Both the position numbers and the translations under genes were made by a program. The notes under the pieces were generated by a model. It ran no database searches. It was not told where the DNA came from and saw only the letters and a program-made list of their open reading frames with translations. Positions 1-12,649 of a DNA stretch of 64,000 nt are shown in pieces (the first letter of the stretch is position 1; every line of letters starts with the position of its first letter). The stretch is from Schizochytrium sp. TIO01 (lineage: Eukaryota; Protista; Bigyra: Labyrinthulomycetes), in the NCBI GenBank assembly GCA_004764695.1, contig SMSO01000037.1:410747-474746 (forward strand), given 5' to 3'.

Positions 1-499
1 GCTCGCTGACTATATTTTATACAGAGAAAAAGGAAAACAGTAAACAGGAGAAACAAAGGCCCGAGTTTTGCACGGCGATCATACGCGCCTCAAGTTGCCC
101 TCAAATCCCTCTCTTCTCACATACATACGTGAATTTGCCAAAGCTTCTGATGTTAACTCTAGTGGTAAGCCACTTGTGCCCGTGACACCTGGCTTGCTTT
201 CTTGTTAGCTAGCTTGCTTGCTTGCTTGTGTGCTCACACACCAGCATCTATTGCAATAGTTGGCCAGCCAACCACTTGTATACGAATGACATTTGGACAA
301 ATAATTAAACACATACTAGTACTTCACTGAGGAAGAAATGAATGAGCCCTTATCTTAATATTGTTTGGAAACTCATGATTGTCATCACCATCACCAGGAA
401 TCTTTTGCGTGCTTGCCTGTCTGCATGGTTTTCTCTTGAGGCGACCAAGCAAAGCTGAGGCTTCTTCCACCGGTGAGTGTTTGTTTGTGATGTGGTTTC

Positions 500-790
500 C
501 AAGACATGAAGCTGGTTGAAGTGAAAAGCTCTAAGGTTTACCAGGAACTAAACCTGACGTCGATTTCCTTGCTTGGAGGCCAACAAAGTGAATTACAGGT
601 TCTTTGCGGAGACTCAGCGAAGAGGCAAGCAAGCATTTTGTTGAGCAGCAGCTCTTTTGGAATTACTTGCTTCAATCTACATGCATCTTTCATTATCACG
701 GTGTGTCAGAGCAAGGAGGGACAATATCTCCAGCAACAGCAATTACGAAGCTCGGTGACCTACTTTTAGTAGGTACCTTCTACAAAAGGA
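500..790 (+). mobile_element. Fossil Ty1/copia integrase core fragment
   Basis: QLFWNYLLQSTCIFHYHGVSEQGGTISPAT resembles Lp..fW.ea..ta.y..Nr.p.....tP.e. Confidence 0.5.
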
Positions 791-1399
791 ATCCTGTAGC
801 GTCCTCCCTCGCTCAGCAACGCAATACAGCGCTGACTAGTACTCGAGATCTGAGTCAGTTAGTTTTGTGTAGAATAGATTAGACTCACCAGGCATCATCA
901 TTCGTTTACGAAAAAAATGGACTTGAATTGAAACGAGAAAACATGCACAGTGTGACCTCGCTTCAAAATAGGCCGCCTTCCGGAATTTCGCGTGAAAAGA
1001 GCACCGACACCGCTGGCTCACTCGCATGCTCGGTGAGCGTAAGATCTTAAAGACCCGTGTAGTAGGAAAGTCCTGCAAAAGTTCTTTGTAGAAGAGCCTG
1101 GCCCTTGGCAAAACATACAGCTGCGCTGACCTCACCAAAAATGGAAAAACGAGGGAGATTGATTTTTTTCATTAATTTATATTTTTTTATTTTTTTAAAG
1201 TCAGCGGTTGCCCAGATTAGCTAGTGCGATTGGGATTCTTTAAAGTCTTTGCACTAAACAGTGCAAAGGGCAATTTGATCAAAGTCTGCGCATTCAAATT
1301 CGCGATTCTGGTGCAACGAAGGAGTGGTTTCAATTGGATGCTGTTGTACCCTTTTTTCTTCTGCTTTTTTTTTTTTTTTTTCCAAAGTACCGTTTGTGA

Positions 1400-2550
1400 A
1401 TGGCTTGAATCAAGGGATCGTGTATAAGCATAAAAATTCACCTAGAGGCTCCTCATTAAGTCAGCAGAAATTTATGATTCTAGGGCCGAACAAATAGTAT
1501 ATGCCTCAGAGTATATACGCTGTTTAATTTTGTTTGAACCATCGTTGGATTCGCTTTAAGAAACTTGGATATAGCATCATCACCAGGCACCATAGCACCG
1601 CAAATTGCATGGCGAAGTCTTTAATTTAAATGTTGGTTCTTTCATTCGAGACAAATAATTTTGCGTTCTCTTTTTGGGCATGCACCAATTCGATATCTTC
1701 TTGAGAAAATATACTTGAAAAGAAAATATGATCTTTTTACGCGGTTGAAATCGGAGCGGCATTAGACTACACTTCAGCACTGTTCTTTACTTTCATTGAT
1801 TGGACATTGCACCTACATAGAGTTCCAGTGCTTATAGGTTGTCTGTCCCCCCTAAGGAATCTGTTATGTCAGCAGAAAGTATTTGTTTCAACAGATAAGG
1901 GTGACCAGAGGCGAATCCAGCAGTTGTATAGGAAAGTCTTTCAGTGGAATTAATGTGGAAAGCCTTGGAGAAAATAAATGAGTCTCACAATTTGAACTCT
2001 TATTCTTCTTTGATGAAACCATTGTAATGTCGAATCTTTGAGAAACTACAAATCTAATGTAAGCCATAATACTTGATTTCTTCAGAAAGAAAACCACGAT
2101 TGTCCCCAGTACTTCCCTGTTTCTTTCTTCTATACATAAGAAAGAAGGGCCTCTACACATAAAATCCCTACCAAGATACAACCAGCTTGCCAAGTCAACG
2201 CATTGGCTCTATAGCAGCGAGTTTCCTCGACAATACTTTAAGTTCAAGAACCGCACCCTCGGCAGAAATAAGACTCGCTAGGTACCTCCTAACCCCGCCT
2301 ATCGATTCATGGCTGACTGTCTGGGGTACATTGCTCTTTGCTTGCGGGTTCCCTTTCATTTACTGCGGGGCCTCGATGCCTTCTTCTTTGTCGGACTAAC
2401 TTCTTCTTCTCTCTTTTCTTTGCATAGAAGAAGTGCTAGTGTGCCATACAGCCACCATGAATAAAAGCGGGTCTGCGCTGCTTTCGGGTTCCTTCGCGAG
2501 ACTCGCCAGAAAGTCTTCACTACTTACTATTGGCCCCGAAGAGGCATTAC
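1400..2550 (-). mobile_element. Fossil Ty1/copia RT-RNase H remnant
   Basis: In order: RFYSWWLYGTLALLL, EGAVLELKVL, CRGPSFLC...TIVVFF, VVSQRFDITMV, ELYVGAMS, ISADLMRSL (ADxxTKxL-like); many stops and frameshifts. Confidence 0.45.
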
Positions 2551-2989
2551 AGGGCTTCACTTGGTGGCAACTTCTTGTCTCTTGTCGCGAGATCCTTTAC
2601 TATTGTTGCACGCCTATTGTTTTTCCAACAGTAGGCCAAGGTCTCAAGTTTTTCACAAATCCTACATTTAGAGCAGTTCTTTGCGCATATGATCGCAAGC
2701 ATGAATCGACGATTATCGAGGCTACGCTAAGTCGCCGATATTGTCTCTGGCGACCCTTGATGTCTGTAGGCAGGGAGACACTCAGCAAGGAACTCCGTCA
2801 GACACATGCATAGCCAGCCAGCCGTTCACCGGTCGGGTATTCGGATAGGATTCAAGGCGTGACTTCGAAGGCCTGTTTACCTAGTGCTGGTTTCGTGTTG
2901 TATATGTCATGCGTGTGCTACGAATGACGAATGAATTGAATTCTTATAGAATTGGGCGGTCATGAGAAAAATTTTGATTTGGGCGCGCC

Positions 2990-4220
2990 ACTCCTGCATT
3001 GTCTCTGGAGATTTGTGACGCTACCAGGTCGAAGCTTGCACCATCGTTGTGCCAACAAAGTCGCCAGGCGCTCAGAGAGAGGGAGTTTTGGAGAGTGAGC
3101 ACTTGGTTACCAGAGCTGGAACGGAATCGCCCCCACTGCAATTTCCATGTCGAGGAGCTGTTTTGTTTGGGTAATGATGACCCTTCTTGATCATCAGAGA
3201 ATGAATGGCATTGCATTCATTCCGAAAAGTGCTACTTCTGTTGCTTTCTCATTTTTTAGTTTATTTTTATTTTAAAATAAAATAAATATAAAAATACTTT
3301 CTGGTCCAGTTACTTGGAAACTACTCAAAACGCTTTGAAAGGGTGTAGATGTACCTATCTACTATTCGCACTCTCACCGTAACGTGATGGGACCTGGTGA
3401 AATGCGATGGTTAGAACAATAGCTTCAGGTGCTTGTGGAATCTGTGTGGATGACGATGAAATGAGGACTCGGATAATAAAGGACGACAGAAGAGAAAGGT
3501 TTCCTTCCAATCGCAATACTACTTTGGTAGTCTGCGCCTCCCGCTTTAGCTCAGGCTAGAATTATCAGAATTTCGAGAATTCTTTCTGTAGATGCGCCCG
3601 CTCATCGTCATCAATAAAACACAACCTAATTTACTCACTTTTATTTATTTTTATTTTTTCTTCACAGAGAAGTTTTATTTTTGTAATATTTTTCTCATTT
3701 TATCTCTGATTCAAATCATTTGAACTTCTATTTGTTTATTTTTAAAATAAAATAAAATAAAAATAAAACAATTATGTTTCAACTTCAGGACAACCATAAG
3801 AGTGTTCGTTCTGAAAAGAAAAGAAAAGAAAAGAATAAGTCTGTATAATCTACTGAGTATCCCATTCAATTTCAAACGGAACCTACCTGTCTACTATCAC
3901 GATTTTTATTTTATTTTCACAACAATCACAATTGAACAAGTAATGAAAAGAAAAAGAAAAAGAGCATGTACCTATAACCTACTTTTTAATGTTTCAAATG
4001 ATAAATAAGTATCAAGATAAGCGTTCTTCCAAAACGACAGACCTCCTTTCTTTGTGTGGATTCTCTGATGACTTTTTCTTCGTTTGCTTGCTTTCAAGAC
4101 GAAAGTCTCGCCCATCCAAGGCCTCTTCGCTGATCGAGCATCAAGCGCAAAAGCAATCACGCCTTGATTCTCTTCCCTCCTGCTGTTGCTGCTGCTGCGT
4201 TTTATGCCACTTCGAGCAGC
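2990..4220 (+). mobile_element. Fossil Ty1/copia RT-RNase H remnant
   Basis: RQALREREFWRV...NFHVEELFCLGNDD (YVDD region), NVMGPGEMRWLEQ, then LSLCGFSDDFF..SRRKS...IEHQAQKQSRLDS (RNase H gysD and W.SkkQ motifs). Confidence 0.7.
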
Positions 4221-5211
4221 CCAAAGCTCAGCCCTATTCAAGTCCAAGAATCGATTTCAAGTTCAAGTTCAAGTTCAAGTTCTAACTCTTTCTTTCGACG
4301 CAGTTTCAGAGGTCGTGCAACTTTTATAAGTTCTTCGGTCCCTCCTCTTTTCGTATCTACCCTCACTATTCTATCATTCTTATTAAACTAACTAACTTAC
4401 ACCTAGCTATAATCAACCAACTAACTGAACAAACAAATAACAGACAAACAAACAATTAAGCAGTCTAAGTTCGCCCGTGCCGCCTCTGAATCCGAGTCCC
4501 AGCCAGTTGAGGAGATGCTTTCAGAAATACAAGGTACCTAAATAAAAGCTCGCTGAGCGAAGAGAACGCGAAGAAACGCATGAAGAGCCTACGGAATTGA
4601 TACAACTAATGTTATTTTTAAAATTAAGATCTGATGGCGAGCAGCGCGAGCGTTGTGTGCCTTATTTTATTGGCTGCTAGTTCCGCGCAGACTTGCCAGC
4701 CTGAGGAACTGCAGAACTGCCTGACGGTCCCTCCAGCCTGCGATCTAAGCACCGAAGATACCGACCTCAGCCGTCGCGAAGTTCACCCGCCACGAGGAAG
4801 GTCACGAAGGTGGTCAGCACGCTAGCTTTCCTACGTTGAAGATGTGGCGTTGAAGGCGACCTTGAAGATATGGTGGTGGTGGCCTACGTCCTACCAGCTG
4901 GCTCAGAGCGCTTTCAAAGCGCCTGCGTCAGGCAGCAGGACGCGGCAAGGCCACGCTGAGGAAGTCAGCTTACCAGGTTCATTGCAATGGAGCATCAGAC
5001 TGCTACTCTGCAGTCTGGGTTCACGTTGAAGCGAGCCTCCTGACGTCAAGCGTGAGTCGGCGATGCTTGAGCGATCGCCCGGCAAGCTAGCTAGATACTC
5101 CGCCGCTGCTCCAAGCAAGCAAGACCAAGCGAGCCCTGGTAACGCGCAAAGCGTGACAGTTTCAAGGCCTATGGCACCGGTGGTGATGGATTGCTCCGTC
5201 GTGAAGGCGGT

Positions 5212-5243
<32 letters not shown>
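5212..5243 (+). repeat. (GCA)n microsatellite
   Basis: Direct reading. Confidence 0.9.
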
Positions 5244-5250
<7 letters not shown>

Positions 5251-6356
5251 TGAGTGGCTGGCTGATTGTGTACACACTGAGTAAAGTCTCAAGACGCCCA
5301 GGATCCACACAGAATCCATCCACTGAGCACCGCAGCGAGTTCAATCTTTCACAACCTTCCCAGGATGCTCCAAATTAACAAGCAAGCAAGCATCGTCCAC
5401 CTCACGATTACGGGCCTAAGGGACTTGCAGAACGCCTTCCTTCACGCAAGCAGTGACATCATTCTTTCTACAGAATGTCATCCACCACCTGAACAATCTC
5501 GGTTCTTCATGAGAGAGCAACGGAAGATCGTCATCTCGGCTGCTCCTTTCGTTCTGTTCACAATGCTTTCTTTCTGGCCTCTGTGCACCGTCTAGCAGCG
5601 CTTCAAGGTGCAACCTTGGTTGTTGGAATCCACTCAACCGTCTGACATCATGTTGCCCAGAGATCATTCATTCATTCACTCATTCATTCACTCATTCATA
5701 CATGCATGGGCTTGAGTCTCGCTGTGGCTGAGCTTTCGTCCTGCAATATCTCCCAAACGCAGCATTTTTCGTCGATCGGCGGGCTCAGAGTTCGATCGTT
5801 TGTCTTAGTTGACGAATGAAGAGTACTTTGTCCTGCACTCGCGGAGCCTAACACCTACCAGCCTACCAGCCAGCCCCCTTTCCACTGTGACTAATCGGGC
5901 TCTGTGACCTATATATATACCCCGGTGCATTTGCACGACTTCCTCACCAGACGGCGGCCAGCTAGCTTATTCCTCGAGCCCCAATACATGCACGACCTTT
6001 TGCCATCTGGTTCTCCAGGATACATACCTTCCTTCGCAAGATCTCAGCCCGTAGTCAGTCAGTCAGTCAGTCACAGTCAGTCACATGGTCTCCAGCAAAA
6101 GCAGCACCAAGAGTGACTGACCACAGAGGGTTCGCAGGCCTCGGCAGGTTTCCACCAGGCAGGCAGGGCTCGTTCTTCGCTTCGTGCGAAGTATCAAACC
6201 AAGTAGGTACATGCATACATTCATTCCTTGGACCTCTGCTCTCTCACCAAAAACGACAATCGTCCGTTCCATCTTCCAATCGCTGTTCTCAGTCCTCTTT
6301 GCCAAAGGAAACAAGCCAACCTTTTGTTCGATTTCCTGGAGGTACTTCTGCTCTCC

Positions 6357-6470
6357 TTCATTCACTCACTAATTCATTTATATTCATTCATTCATTCATT
6401 CATTTATATTCATTCATTCATTCATTCATTTATATTCATTCATTCATTCATTTATTCATTCATTCATTCA
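6357..6470 (+). repeat. Compound (TTCA)n microsatellite with recurring TTTATA interruptions
   Basis: Direct reading. Confidence 0.9.
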
Positions 6471-7425
6471 ATTGAGGAATGGGCGGGAAAAGGAGGAGAT
6501 AGAAAGACGACACTCGCACGCCAAAGCGCGATCTTCCTCTTCTTGGTTCAACCCAGAGCTCGTTGGCACATTTTCTGGGTCGGTCTCGCGGACCAAAAGG
6601 CGGATCTGCCAAGATCCCAGAAGGACGAAGAGGATGAAGAAGAAGGCCTCGAAGAAGGCACCCCTCTCTTTCTTTCCTTCTTTCTTTCAGGGAACGGATG
6701 ATCTGTTTTATATATTTATTTATTAATTCGATGCTTCAGTTGAAGTTCGACGTTCGCTATTCGTAAGAAGAACAGCTCGAAGTAAATATTCCTTGAAACT
6801 TGAAACATTGGCAGTAAAAAACAAAACAAAGCAAAAACACCGGTATTCCAATGATTACCAAGCCACAAAGATGGTTGTTGAAAAGGAAGCTGAGTAAAGA
6901 GGAAAGTAGAAGGAGTAGCAGCTTGTAGCTAGTACTAGGTGAGGTGGTTTCGGTGACCATACTAAGCGCCGTTTCTTTCCGACAGCTGACACTGTCTTTC
7001 GTGAACGAAGAAGAAGAACAACTGAGCTTTTTCTTTGAGGTTACACACTTTAATAAATATTATTTTAAGTTAAAACGAAATTGTCGAAAAGGTAAAAACT
7101 AGTTTCTTTTTTTTTAGTGAAATAAAAATAGATATAAGTATCTCAAAATATGTATTTGCTATTATTTATTTATTCATGAAATAAAAATCGATAAAGTTGA
7201 TTTGCATGTTCGTTTATAATAATTTATTTTATTACTTCTTTTTTTAAAGGGAAAGAACAGTGTTCACTTTCTTTCCTTTGTTTTTGAAAAAAGGGGGGAA
7301 AGGAGGGAGGGCGGGAACGAAGAAGAGTACTTTTGAATTAAAAGGCTTTTATTTCAATCAAGCAATGAGAAAACTAAAAATGGGACTGAAATCCCCGCTC
7401 GTGCCAGAGAAAAGCCTCCCTTCGG

Positions 7426-7600
7426 ATGTGTGAAACAGGCGGCTTCGGATTCGTCATCGCCCTTGAGTCCCATCGACGCCAATTCATTTGCTGCGTCTCC
7501 ACTCAGCCTCATCTTGCTTCCGCCACTGGCAATGAACGCAATGCCTGTCTGTTCCTGTTTCCTACATTCCTGCAAGTAATCATTCACAACTTGAAAGAAA
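7426..7600 (+). mobile_element. Fossil Ty1/copia RNase H fragment
   Basis: TGGFGFVIAL...FICCVSTQPHLASATGNERNA resembles G.vi.l...i.W.S.k...v..St..aE..A. Confidence 0.4.
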
Positions 7601-8032
7601 GAAAACTCACAAAGAAAGAGTTCTGAGACTTTTGTGGGTGGGCTGCGGCCATTACATTACATTACATTTCATCGCATTTCATTACATTACCGTTCCCTGC
7701 GTCCTCTGCAAAAGAGTCACAGGGCCTCTGTTCCTGACGACCGATGGCACACGCGTACATACATCTATCTATCTACACACACACACGCGCGCGCCAAAGC
7801 AACAAATACAAAACTACTCAGCGGCTGCCTCCTCCCAAAGTGCCAGTTTGTCACCTGTCTCCAGCACAGTCTCGCAGTTTCAAGAGCGCCATTATCGCTG
7901 CCTGCCTCTTCTGCGAATTGAATGAATGCGCTGCCCAAGGTTGCGCATAAAGACGATGCACTTTTAAAGAAGACAATCCATTGTACCTGTTACATGCATT
8001 CTGGAACACCTCGAAACAAAGAAATCTATCTG

Positions 8033-8063
<31 letters not shown>

Positions 8064-8319
8064 CAGTCACACGAAAAGACACCTCTCAAACCAGTTAGTT
8101 CTTGACCTGCGATGCCGGGATACGATGCGGCTTAAGGCCCACGAGGCGAAGGTGCGGCACGCAAATTGGCGTTGTCTGCGTAGTACCTGAGGAATCGGCA
8201 GTGAACCTATGCTTACTTCTGCAATCAATTTTTGGCCGCCATGAAAGAATGAATGAATGAATGAATCAATCAATCAATCAATCAAAATGCGGGTTCTGTG
8301 GCTATAAATCATAAGTCAT

Positions 8320-10200
8320 AAATCATCAGGCAGGGAGGTACACCTACTTCCTTCCTGACACCGACGTCTTTTGTCACACCGCAAAGTCTCAAGAACTTGG
8401 TTTTCAGCACTCTCGCTGCGGCCTACGACGGCGGTTGATGACTCCCTCCCTCGAAGAAAGTACCCGCTTCCGGTGAGCCCCGTTTGCGGCAGAGCATTTG
8501 TTTCAAGCCATTTGCTGTTTCCTTTGGCTGCTTCGAATATGAACGAGAGAAGACGCGGTGTTCTTTGTTCCTCGTCGCTCGCTTTTCCCAGTTTGAGGAA
8601 GGTTCGCATCCGACCGATGAGAATCGATAAATGCACAAGCAGGTGCCTCGCTCTCCAAGGTTTGGGACGTCGGGTGGTTTTACAAGTAAGTCACAACTCC
8701 ATTCAGGTTTGCAGCAAAGCTAGAAGAAGAAGAAGAAGAAGAAGAAGAAGAATGGAACGAGCAGCTTTCGATCGAAAACTCCCACTCAAGTTTGGAGTTG
8801 GCTTTGAGTCAAACGAGTGACTCAATGGCTAGCCAGCTTCGTTGTACCAAGGTGGTCGAACTAGTGCCTAGTTAGCAGGTGTGCGACCAATGAGTGTGCG
8901 CGTTGCGAGGACCCCGTGCATTTACTTCTTACCTAGCAGCGTAGTTCGTACGTTGACATTCCAGTAGATAATGAGCGCAGAAACAAGCTTGACGATGAGT
9001 CTTCATACCCGCTCGCTGCCAAGCGCGTGGATCTGCACCCCAATGCACTCCAGAACCACTCGCATTGCTCACCGCAGGGGCTAGTATTCCTCTCCTCAAG
9101 ACCTCTTGTCCTAGTCAACCAAATCAACCCCTCAGGCAAAAACACATTCTGATAAAGTCTTTCCCGAGGGCCGCAATGCAGAGGGTCGTCCACCAGCTGA
9201 AGAGCGGCAATATTGACGAGTAGACGAGCGCCCCAAAGAACGAAAGAATCTTCTCTTGGCGTTCGTTCTTCTTCAGGCGCTGTCGTCAGCGCCTGCGCAG
9301 TGCTCGCGCGTGTGTACCGGTTCCTGCTGGCTAGCAGGCGTTAGGCAACTCATAGGCCCCGCCACAGGAGGCGACATTTGCTAATAGATAGGTACCCAAT
9401 CCGATATAACGATAGCCAAACTTCTCGCCTCCACGAGGACAGAGCGCCTTTCCAGCTGGGTTTGTTTGGCCTGCTTTGGATGAGCTGGAGCCGTTGACGC
9501 AAGCTCGAGTCCCTTGAACTCGAAGCTGCCAGAGGAGTGAGCACCAAAGAAAAGCAAAGCAAAGCAAAGCAAAGCAAATCAAAACCAGCTTCCTCGCCAA
9601 CCTCTGTCCTGCCTAATCGGTCATGGCCATCATTGCTGAGGTGGATATGATGGTCTCTCCATCAGCCTTCGCCATCGGTTTGCATGGGGTGAGCCAAACT
9701 CGAGTTGGAAACATTCTGTGCCATGGGGAAGTATCTTGAAGATCCCTCCTCAACGTTGCAGTTGCTCCAAGCCCTTGAAGCCGGACCTCGAGCTTGAGCT
9801 TTGAGCATGAGCTTTGAGAATGAGCTTTGAGCATGAGCTTTGAGCATGGACTTTGAGCTTGAACTTGAGCTTGAACTTGAGCTTGAGCTTGAACTTGAGC
9901 TGTGCCGCTGTTCCCATATTTGATTGGCTGCCGGTGCAAATCTTTCACTCCAAAGTCCCGACTAGCGCACCTCTGTCGATCTCTCGATCTGTCGATCTTG
10001 CAGAGTTTGGCTTTACCTGCCTGCCTAGATACCCACTAGCACCCCTTACTATGTGATGAGCTGGTACTCGGATTGTCCTACGCATTGGAATATGAGATGC
10101 GATAGCTATAGTTTGCAAGCCAGGTTCTGTGAAGAGTCGGCGTGAAGAGCTCCAAAACGACGTCAAAGCCGGCTGCGAGGATGGCGGGTACGGCCGCAGG
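8320..10200 (-). mobile_element. Fossil Ty1/copia IN-RT-RNase H remnant with internal deletions
   Basis: YLGRQVKPNSARSTDREI (IN), LRVQGTRACV...FGYRYIG (SH3-like), CEWFW..RSTRLAASGYED (RT KARLVAxG), GSGYFL...VVGRSESAENQVLETL (RH). Confidence 0.6.
9788..9900 (+). repeat. Degenerate TTGAGC/TTGAAC hexamer and TTTGAGCATGAGC 13-mer tandem repeat
   Basis: Direct reading; gives the QVQAQA and CSKLMLK pseudo-peptides in the ORF track. Confidence 0.85.
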
Positions 10201-10979
10201 TCCTCCGAAGATGCCATCGTCCTCTCTGTACTAGTTGCTTGGCATGCTGTTTGGTTTTCATTTCGTTTGTCAAGGTGGGGTGTATCGTACTTTCTTTTCA
10301 AGTTCCTTTTTCTAGATTTGAAAACAAAATAGTTTTCAATATTTTTATTTTTATTTGCTTTAAAACTTTTTCTCTTTTCTTTTAAAAAAGAAAGATATGA
10401 GTATTTTCTTCGAGGTTCAAGCTCTCTCTCTCTTGTCTTTGAACGAAAGAAGGAAGATTTCTTATTATTAATCTTAGTGCTGTAGAAGAATGACAGGAAC
10501 AAGTTGTCGACAGCTCCCAAGTTCGCGAGATCGTTTGTGCCTCCTTCTTAGGGCTGGTACTTTGGTGACAGAAGCAGTCGATTCTCTTTATTATTTTACA
10601 CAGATTCCTACGAAGGTTTAGTTTGGGCAGAGCTCGAGCCTTATTCTTCTCGGCGGATCTGATTCATAGAGGCCCTATAACCCTTCTGCTTTCGCTGGCT
10701 CGAAGCCCAATTGTCTAAGGTTTTCGTGGAATTTGTGAATTTATGAGTGAGTATACCACTTCTAAGTAGCCACTACTGCTATATAAATACATATAATATA
10801 TATATATAGAGAGAGAGAGAACGCGCAGGGAATCGGGACTAAATTTGGCACATTGGATCGTGGCTCCACTGCATAGAGCCTTCATAGTGGAAAAACTAGC
10901 CCCAGACAGTTGAATTCCCAGCGAGGAGTTCGCCACGATAGTACATAGTAAGTCCCTGGTAGGCTAGAAAAGTTATCAT

Positions 10980-12320
10980 GAAGAAATGAAGAAGGTCGAA
11001 GAGGAATCAAGTGACCTCTCGGATCACTGGGAAGAAACCTCTCCGATAGCACCCGAAGGAGCAATGAGAGCGGGCTTGCTCTTCTTCTTCTTCCCAGGTT
11101 TTCCCAGCTTGAATGCGCCTTGAGCTCCTGCTCAAGAGCGATAGGTACAACGCCTTCGAGACCTTTTCACTTTATTTACGTGCGCTGCTTTCTTTCTTTT
11201 TTCTCATCATGCGAAGCTGTTATTTCCAAATGACACACACACACATTTCTCTGCCTTCTACACTGTTGCTTCCATTGTCTTCTTCGAAATCAACCGCTGC
11301 TGCTTCTCCAAGTATTCTTTGACGACGTTGTTGGTGCTGATGCTTCTGCTGCTGCTGCTTCTGCCAATCGCCTTCATCGCTGCTGTTCAAGCACCCTCGC
11401 TCATGAAAGCTCGCAATCTTTCAGCCACAACAGCTGTTAGTCCCCACCTCCTTCGAGGATTCCCAGACGTCTTCGAGCCCTCAGTAGTATAGGTAATAGC
11501 TACTACGTTCACAGGCCGGCGCCTTGGCAGCAGCAGTACTATTCATGCAATCAAAAGCTCAACTGGTCTCCTCCAAAGGCCTCCCCCGCAAACGCCTTCT
11601 TTCGTCGCCATCGAGACTCGCCACAACGATCGATTGCGTCAGTAGTAGTGATATGGAGTTGGTACAAGGCATCAATCATGACGGCATGGAAAAGGAAGTG
11701 AGAAGAAAAGAAGAACGGAACGCTTCAGCGACCCGTGGCAAAGGAACACCTCCTAGCAGGCAGATAGCTGCTACTACTACTACTGCTGCTGCCACTCTCG
11801 CCATGATCGTCACCCTGCGACTAAGTCCTCATCATTCGTGACCCTTGCACGCAAAGATCACGTTACAACTTTGTGGCGCAAACTCCGATCGATGCTCTAG
11901 CAACTTTAAGCAAGCGGGTAAGCAAGTACAGAAACCGATGGGCGGAGCGAGCAAAGCCTCACTTCAGGCACCTTGGAAAAGCAGACTCCCGTCCGTCGCC
12001 ACAGATTGTCGAATTTCGATACAAAATGGGGCGGACACAGAGACGTCACAGGCGTATGCACAGGGTGGATAGAGGGCCAAGGCCTGATGTTTTCGTTCGT
12101 TTCTCTTCTCTGCCTCTCTCTTTGTTGAACTCCTCGCTTGTTGAAGGTGGATGAAGCGTTTGTTGGATGGCGCCGTGAGAGGATGATAGCTGCAGAGAAC
12201 CGCGCATAGATAGCATGATGTGCGGGAGGAAGCGAGAAGATAACGCGGGGTTTAGCAGTTGGGAGCCGTGCAGAGCACAGAGCAAGTGCCGTGTAATCTC
12301 TGCAAAACTCCGCACAGGTA
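10980..12320 (+). mobile_element. Fossil Ty1/copia RT-RNase H remnant
   Basis: EEESSDLSDHWEE..APEG, ETFSLYLRALLSFFFLI, NSDRCSSNFKQAGKQVQKP, RWMKRLL, DVREE..RGV*QLGAVQSTEQVPCNLCKTP (terminal RH motif). Confidence 0.65.
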
Positions 12321-12649
12321 AAGTGCTTGGAGCGCTCAGCTCACGTTCTGCGACACTTTTTTTTAAGTTGTAGATTTATGCTCTCTTAAGAGAGGTTTCT
12401 TTTTTCCTGTTTTTTACTATTATTAATTTTCTTTTTTTTCTTTTTTTTTTAAAGTTAAGGGCTTTTCTGGATTGAAATAAATGTGTGTTTTTTAAAGTAT
12501 TTTATTTTTGAAATTAAATGGTAGATACAAAGAAAAGACTTTTTAAAATAGTTTTATTCATTTGGAAACTAACCAATAAAAAAGGTAATAAAAGTGTTCT
12601 CGCTTGCGTGCAAAGAGTTGAAGAATGTTTAGTATAATATATAGTATGT

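Larger units (their letters stand above)
4950..6620 (+). mobile_element. Fossil Ty1/copia RT-RNase H remnant, nearly full motif series
   Basis: GKLARYSAAAPSKQDQASPG..MAPVV..SVVKAVAAAA, RDLQNAFLHAS...PPPE, FLTRRRPAS, VGTCIHSFLGPLLSHQKRQSSVPSS, HIFWVGLADQKADL in correct copia order. Confidence 0.8.
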
